A stretch of 63,973 nucleotides of DNA, counting the filler, from Reticulomyxa filosa (lineage: Eukaryota; Protista; Foraminifera), in NCBI GenBank assembly GCA_000512085.1. It is 14 parts of 14 records of this genome, joined end to end, with 100 filler letters (N's around TTAATTAATTAA, not from the genome) between each part and the next. Parts side by side here need not be neighbours in the genome. Positions count along the whole stretch, not along the records: positions 53,898 to 58,557 come from ASPP01007239.1; positions 58,658 to 62,757 come from ASPP01023604.1; positions 62,858 to 63,973 come from ASPP01028298.1; 11 more parts are not named here. The stretch is one strand, 5' to 3'. Positions 56,801-63,973 of this stretch are shown piece after piece; position 1 is the first letter of the stretch; every line of letters starts with the position of its first letter. A program made the translations under genes and the position numbers. The notes beneath the pieces are model-generated. The model did no database searches and was not told where the DNA came from. It saw only the letters and a list, made by a program, of their open reading frames with translations.

Positions 56801-58557
56801 TGCCAGAGGATCAAAGTGCATCGCTGTTGCAGGCCATGGCCGGACTAGGTGCCTGGTTGTGTCCCAACAACCATTTGTACTTCGTGGCCAATTGCACCGC
56901 CACTAATGAAAGCGCCAAGTGTCCTACTTGTGGACATGACATTGGAAACAAGAAAGGCGCCGGCGGCCACGTAGCGGCCACAGGCAATCGGCGATTAGGC
57001 AAAGTACAGGCCGATGGACGCATTGTCGCGGATGACTATGGCGCCACTGAGGGAAAGACCGAATATCGACCTGACTTGCTCGCACCTCAGGGCTATGTCA
57101 TCATGGAAGGCGCCGTAGAAAACAAGTGCAGGGATTTTAATGAAATATCCATTCGCGTCGCGGGATTATTCGTCAACTTGATTTTGCTGACTCATCATAT
57201 GGCTACTGACAAGAGTGATTGCATCGAGTTTTGTATGAGAGCACTCTCAACTATATTTCACTTTTTGATTTTGGGCTCTCTCTCTCTCTCTCTCCTCCCT
57301 CCTTCTTTTTCGACACAATTTAACAAAAAAAAGATTTACGAAATGGGGCAAGACAAACGCAGATGTAATGAGCCGTCTTTTGAAACTTGTGCAGCAATAC
57401 GTAGAAAAGATTGGAGCCTGCATTGGTGCGCTGTCCATCGAGAGCACATTGCTTTTGATGCATGGCATTATTCATCGCTTTTACTTGTCGTTCGAAGCAA
57501 GATATGAAAACGGGTTTGTGGACTTGTCAATGGCCGGACGTCGCATCTTTGAAACGTATCTAATCGACGAGTGCATTGACCCGGTGATAAAGAATCACGA
57601 GCAATGCATTCGCGAAATAAGAGCACAGACAACGATAGATTCAAAGATAAAGTTCTGGGGACGGAGAGTAGAAGAAGACATAAAGCCAGAAAGCAACGAA
57701 TTCAAACAATTCCAAGAGGTGTATCTCCCCAACGTATACTTGCCATTCCGAAGCATCACACTATCCGAATTTGGACAATTTCTAAGACAAGACCCACTCA
57801 ACGAGCATAGATATCCAGTCCTTTGGGGCATATTCAAAACTATAGATACGTTGAATGGGTTCTCGATTTTTGCCGTGCAATATTTGCCAGCCATGATCCA
57901 ATGGGTCAAGCTAATTCACTCTCGCTTCAATCGACGTTTGACACAAGAGGAAGTGGAAGAGCGACCCAGCGAGTTTTCCGTGGAATACGCCTTGCGTCGT
58001 CGAGAAGAAAACGGATGGGGAGATTTGATCAAATGGAACGAGGCGTGGCAAGGCTTTGTTCAGGGCTGGAATCACGTGACCAATCGCGTGACCACTGAGC
58101 GACCAGAGCAGGAGAGCGCATTGCTCAAAGTGCTAATGGTCTAACTCAAGCCAATACAAAGCAAGACAATGCCATGGAAGGGGGACAAGAAGAAGAGAAA
58201 AAGGATGCCAATCAACTACCCAAACTCAAAATCGAAGATAGAGATGAAAATGGAGCCAGAACGGTCCCTAACACTGGCATCAATGAATTCAAACGTTATC
58301 TGGTTATCGCCGATGCTTTTAATCAGTGCGAAAATATTCCATTCCAATGCATTACAGGAAGTGGCGAACATGGGGACGTATTACCCAAGGATGTACCATT
58401 GTGGCTGGCTATCGAATGTGGTAGCAATGGACCGTTGGCCACAAGCAAAATGATCCGTCTTTTGTTTAATCATTTGGTCACTGTTAATAACACCTGCTTA
58501 TCCAATTGTCATCAGTTACGCTCAATCAAAAGACTGTCTCTTGTTAAGGGAAGAAGA
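53898..58557 (+). CDS. RNF213-like: Second RNF213/mysterin-like E3 ligase paralogue, internal fragment with RZ finger
   Basis: Colinear with 45-3970 (e.g. FQVTEMYAI, FTKMEI, KVWTYYLSHY, AMPEDQSASLL, CPNNHLYFVANCTATNESAKCPTC at 56860-56931, GPLATSKMIRLL); FPFS motif at 54155; frameshifts near 54672 and 58104. Confidence 0.85.
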
Positions 58558-59839
58558 NNNNNNNNNNNNNNNNNNNNNNNNNNNNNNNNNNNNNNNNNNN
58601 NTTAATTAATTAANNNNNNNNNNNNNNNNNNNNNNNNNNNNNNNNNNNNNNNNNNNNACACATCAATTAATGTTACATGCATAAACAGGTCTTAACACTA
58701 CATAGCAAGACCACAAGATATGTTTCCACTAACAATTTGATATTTTATGATGAAAGTCAGCTTCTATTTACGCACACATTCATGACTTACACGAAATTGT
58801 TTTGCAACTTTGCACAAACTCCAGCACTGGTGCAACAGCTCAACAGCAAGTCCTTTGTTAAAATTTTCAATCAAAAAACTCAAATATTGAGCTAAAAAAA
58901 AAAAGAAAAGAAAAATAAAGGATAAAATATTGAAATAATTATGAAAGATATAATAAAAACCAAAATGATATTTAAAAAGTACACGATTTGTAGATATTTT
59001 TAAAAAAATTATGTATGAATGTTGTTTTTTAATGTAGAAAATCAATCATATCTATAAGGTGCCGTTTTATGTGTCAACTTTACTTTGCATTCTAATGTAG
59101 TTTTCACATTTTTAATCTCTTTTAGTTCATTCATTGGCATCATATTTTAATTTCTATCTTGTGTGCTATCGCAAACTTTACATAAACTAATCTTGAATTT
59201 TAATAAATGCTTGCTAATTTATGTCTTTGCTTTTTTGCTTGTAATATTCGATTATTGACACATTCTTCACACTATTATTCTTATTTTGTCTTAGTATCAT
59301 AGTATTCGTATCAAGTATTGTACTTGTTTTGTTTGTGGTTATTTTATTTTTAATTTTAAAAAACTCACCTTCTTCACATTTTGTTTCTATCGACATATCT
59401 TTCATTTGTTCTAATAAATCATGAAAATTCACACTGTAAATATTAAAAAGTATAATGACAAAAGAAAAGTTAATTGACGATCAACCGTCAACCAGCACAT
59501 TGAGGTGCAAACTGTACGATCAATGAAATTAGAGACCTTTTTTTTGGCTGGTGTAACTTTTTTGACAAAAAATTATTTTCTTTATTATTTAAAAAAAATG
59601 TGAAAGTGATCAACAAGACACCCAAAATTGACCCATGTGCTGTCTAGTAGGACAAATTCGGCATTTCAAGCATGAGTCTCATATTGCAAGAAGTGAAAAC
59701 CAAAACGGTTCAATTGCAATTTTTTAACGTATTTTGCCGAAATGGCAATTTAAACTCAAAAAAAAAGAAACACAAAAAATTTTCAACATTGCCTGAGAAA
59801 AAAACACTCACTACAACACGCACAAAAGTAGAATAATAA

Positions 59840-62740
59840 TTATGTCCAAAACCAATGATTAGAAACAGGATCAAATGCAACGAGTTGTGAGACCTGCGCA
59901 AAAGCAGCACTATCTTGCATTTCAATTCCTTGCAATAAGGGTTGTCCGTCCGAGCTTCCATGCTGTAAGTCAATTTTGACGATCCATTTTAAACTGAAAT
60001 AAAAAATTAGAGCCAAAATACACGCAATGGCGAGGAAGATCATGAGAAACTCAAGATCAGCAGACTCTTTGCTTAAATGGATGCCAAATATAGAATAGGG
60101 TAAAAGTTGGTGTACAAATAACAATTCGATGACTGAACCGACAATACCAGCAGCAAAGGTGATAGATTTAAGAATGGAAATACTGTATGGAAAAGCAGGG
60201 GAAATGGCATTTTGAAAATGTGAGGAGGATAGGCTGTACCAAGACCAAATGGCAGTGGAGAAAAATAAGATCAAACACATAATCAATTGAGTGAGGAGAA
60301 CGCCAAGTGGCTCGCCTTGGCTGATCAATTGAGCCCCCACCAACAAGCACGATTTAGCCAAAGTAACAGCCGATAAATAAGGTTTAATCAGTTCAACCGT
60401 CGATGTGAGCGACAAGTAGTCTCTGCAATTGCCTTTCAATGGAGGAGAAAACTCTGCAAACATCGGAGCGATCATGATGCTGAATGGGATATAATAAGAT
60501 AACGCAATTAATGCCATCGATGCAATATATTTATGCTCGCCTTGCCAACAGGTTACATCCATGTCCACTCTCCACTTTCCATCACTTGAGCAGCAAACGA
60601 GCATTATTAATTTATCGCATATGACCAAAAATAAAATGTCACACAATATCTTCATTGCCTTAATCATTTATGTGTCAGTGTATTGCGTATACGTATATGT
60701 ATCATACACGAAAATACTTCTTCCCTTCTCTGCTTTCTTCTCTCTTAATTTCTTTTGTAACTTACAATAGCGAGTTTATTATTAGCCGCATTCAATTGGC
60801 CATGTCCATAGATAATAGTCCCAACAAATGAATGGAAATAATGATTTCTCGCACCTTCATGATCCTGTCGTATGTACTTGTAGACGCCGTACCTTTTCAC
60901 TTCCCATAAGAACAACACCATGAATATCGTCAATACCACGGCCACGCCTCCACATCCAATTATTGCATATACATATAACGCATTTGTTTTTAACCAATTC
61001 AGTGATATGAAACTGAATTCTACTAACTGTTTCTTCCAACCTTTTTTTTTTTGCGCAAAAGAAGGGGGGGGGGGGGAGTAAGTAAGACTCGTTTACTTCT
61101 AAGAAATTATATACACAGTATGAGTAGGGTATAGACTTAATACAGAATGAATGCTTTAGTTAACGTACCTCCGAAATGTTCGTACGTTTTTTGATTAGTG
61201 GAAGAGAGTGAATGGGTGGTGGAAGAATTGGACACGGCATAGGGTGCAAAGACGGCAAATTGGAATATCTCATAACACAATAATAGTAAAGCGATGACAG
61301 TACCAACATTCCAAAAAAACACTTTTTTTTGGGTTGTGATTTCTTTGTTATTGCTGACTCTTCGCTGATAGGACTGCAACGCACGAAAAGTGCCAAAGCT
61401 TTGCAAAAGTAAGACAAACAACATGTACGTTCCAATGGCCGCAATGGCGACATCGTTATCAAATTGGAAGGCGGGAATTAAATATAAAATGATGATCACT
61501 GGGATGACGGTTAAATAAGTAAACATAAAAAATGCCCTTGTCAGCTGTGAAAACACGCGTTGCAAGCGTTGTTTCCATGTTTCCGCTTCGATTAGCCGTT
61601 GGCGAATGACCAGTTCTTTTGTGTCTGTTTCCACTTTGTTCATTCGGACAATCAACAAAAAATAACACGATGGTAAAGTTACGCACAAACTTATCAACAT
61701 TATCAATGGATACAAACACATTCTATTTTGCGTTTATGTTTATCAATTTTTTTTGTGTAATTTTAAAAAGTGATATGCATGCTTATAAATGTATAGAACA
61801 TATCAATATGAATAAAACACAAAAAATAAACCTGCTCAATAAATTGAGGGCAGCCAGCCATGTGGTTTTCTTCCAATTGTCATGGTAATTCACCGGCTTC
61901 CATTCAAGTTGTGAAGTGAGTTGGGCCAATAAATAAAAGCCATTTTCCAAATCCGCAAAAATATTATCAATAAACAATTTTTTGTCGCTACATTATATAT
62001 ATATGTATATATGTATATATGTTTATATGTATGCATAATATGTGTATGCTTATGTGCTCCACTCGATTGGTACGTACCTCTTCAGCCAATCCATCAAATC
62101 AAAGACTCGCTTTTGCTCTTGTGTCGATTTTACAGATTTGGTGTCGTCAACAACCTCTTCTTTGGATTCTCGAACGCCATCTTCTAATTCGATCTTTGTC
62201 ACCTTCTTCTTCCCATCGTCGGGTTCTTTGTCCTTTCCTTTCTCCCTGTCTCTCTCTGCGTGCTTCTCGATCTCTTTCTCTTCCTCGACATTCAACACCT
62301 GCGACTTTCTTTTGCTCGCAGAAAAGGATTTTTTTGCCTCCGGGATCGTGGATTGAATGGACGAGTCTTCCACTATTACGTTGGACGGCGGCAAAGGGCG
62401 CACGAAATCGGTCGCCCCAATGGCGGAAATGGGAATCGCGTGGAACTGTTCGCCGGCGTACACTGGCAAGGAAGAAGACGTCGAGCTCTTCTTTGTCATC
62501 TCCGGCAAAGGTAGCCAATCGATCAGTTTGTTGTCACCAGGCGCGATCAGAGGGGGTACTACGGTCGGCTCCATTGACACTGGTGCTGCAGAGTCCATAT
62601 TTATAAAATCAAAGTTCCTCTTTAGTTCCACATCCGGTTTCGTTAGCAGCAATATCTTGCTATTTCCTCCAATAAAATAATCCGCAAGTGTTTTGTTGTC
62701 TTCAAGTTCTCTTTCCTCGTGGCGTAATTGGATCTCCTCT
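59840..62740 (-). CDS. Multi-pass membrane protein with N-terminal ubiquitin-like and calponin-homology-like segments; 5'-truncated
   Basis: EEIQLRHEERELEDNKTLADYFIGGNSKILLL (UBL-like); LMDWLKRY...FIDNIFADLENGFYLLAQL (CH-like); roughly 10 hydrophobic segments, including the CWQGEH-proximal helices. Confidence 0.65.
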
Positions 62741-62926
62741 TTTTTTTTTTTTTTTTTNNNNNNNNNNNNNNNNNNNNNNNNNNNNNNNNNNNNNNNNNNN
62801 NTTAATTAATTAANNNNNNNNNNNNNNNNNNNNNNNNNNNNNNNNNNNNNNNNNNNNTAGTATTCGTGGCCTTGTTCTATTCACATTTAATACAATGATT
62901 TGATCATTGTATAATGTGTTAATCCG

Positions 62927-63973
62927 TCACTGGATATGAATCAATGCAAGACGCGTAATAATGGGGTCGTGTTCATATTCACAACAGCAAAATTGTTCGT
63001 GTATTTGGCGAAACGAAGTGACCCTTGAGAACGCAGGTATTACTGCAAGGATGAGAGTTTGTGCATTGTGATAAGGATGGCAATTACTTTCTTGACTCAT
63101 GTCGTCTTGAAAAAGATCCACCAATTTGTTTTTGAACGAGTGGAAATGGTACTCCCGATATTGTGGATGAACCAATATTGTTTACCGATTCAATCTCTTC
63201 CCGTGTCTTTTCCATTGTTATCATTTGTTGTTGGTGTTGTTTATCATGGAAGAATCACTATACTATTATTATTTTTTGGATATCAAATTTTCTTTGTTTT
63301 TTTGTGATGCTTCGGTTCTCACCAGGACAGCAGTATTTACTTCAGCATTTTTGAACATCCTCTTCTTTTTCATTTGCGGCTCCACCACATATGCCTCCGT
63401 GGACTTAGTACATTCCAGTTGTTGTAACAACAAAAACAACAAACAACAAACTCATTCAAATTACTTAGAAAGACAAAAATAATCTTTTTTTTTTTTAACT
63501 TCAATCTTCTATCAAATGCATTCGAAGCAATAAGTCTAATCATTCTCCACCAATCTTACTTGACAGACAGTATACTACGATTGAATATTTTCCACGAAGG
63601 CCATACCAATTATATATTGGAAGTGTTTCAATGTATCTTTGGTGTGTCGATATTAGGGGGGGGGATCACAAGTAGCATAATCACAAACACATGTAAAGAG
63701 CGACTCATGATATTTGACCAAATTCTGTGGTATTGAATGAAAGTAGTGCATGATAATCTGAGTATTGTTGTGTGATTTCAAGCACAGCATCTTTTAGGGA
63801 TTGCATTATGTTTATCCTCTTCATTCACACTATCTCCTTTCTTCACTAAATAAGTTTATACTTTTTATACGATTCGCCACCACTTGTCATATTTCTTGAT
63901 ATAACTCATATATCACCAATACTATTCGGCAATCTTTTTTTCTTTTCTCCTTTCCTTAAGCTAATTTTTTTCT
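62927..63973 (-). pseudogene. Possible degraded gene remnant
   Basis: Short protein-like stretches interrupted by stops; no long ORF and no family recognised. Confidence 0.2.

Overview
This is AT-rich, intron-containing eukaryotic DNA, not a prokaryotic window. It consists of 14 unrelated contigs joined by artificial 100-nt spacers (N44-TTAATTAATTAA-N44), so adjacency across spacers is meaningless. The gene families present (expanded WD40, kelch-like and NACHT families, 7TM protein), the A-rich introns and the many homopolymer frameshifts resemble the foraminiferan Reticulomyxa filosa (Rhizaria); this is inference from style, not a search. Recognisable genes are two RNF213/mysterin-like RZ-finger E3 ligase paralogues (C-terminal parts), a disrupted NACHT/STAND gene with an N-terminal RelA/SpoT-like nucleotidyltransferase domain, a Hippo/MST-like kinase with a SARAH-like tail, a four-domain voltage-gated cation channel, a PKG-like kinase, Ras, ARF1, SGT1, CSN5, a divergent kinesin, an XTBD-like protein, WD40 and kelch genes, and a UBL-CH-multi-TM protein. 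The strongest candidates for undescribed biology are protist innate-immunity-like components: the RelA/SpoT-NACHT fusion and the apparently RING-less RNF213 family. All homology calls are by-eye motif recognition; no database search was run.
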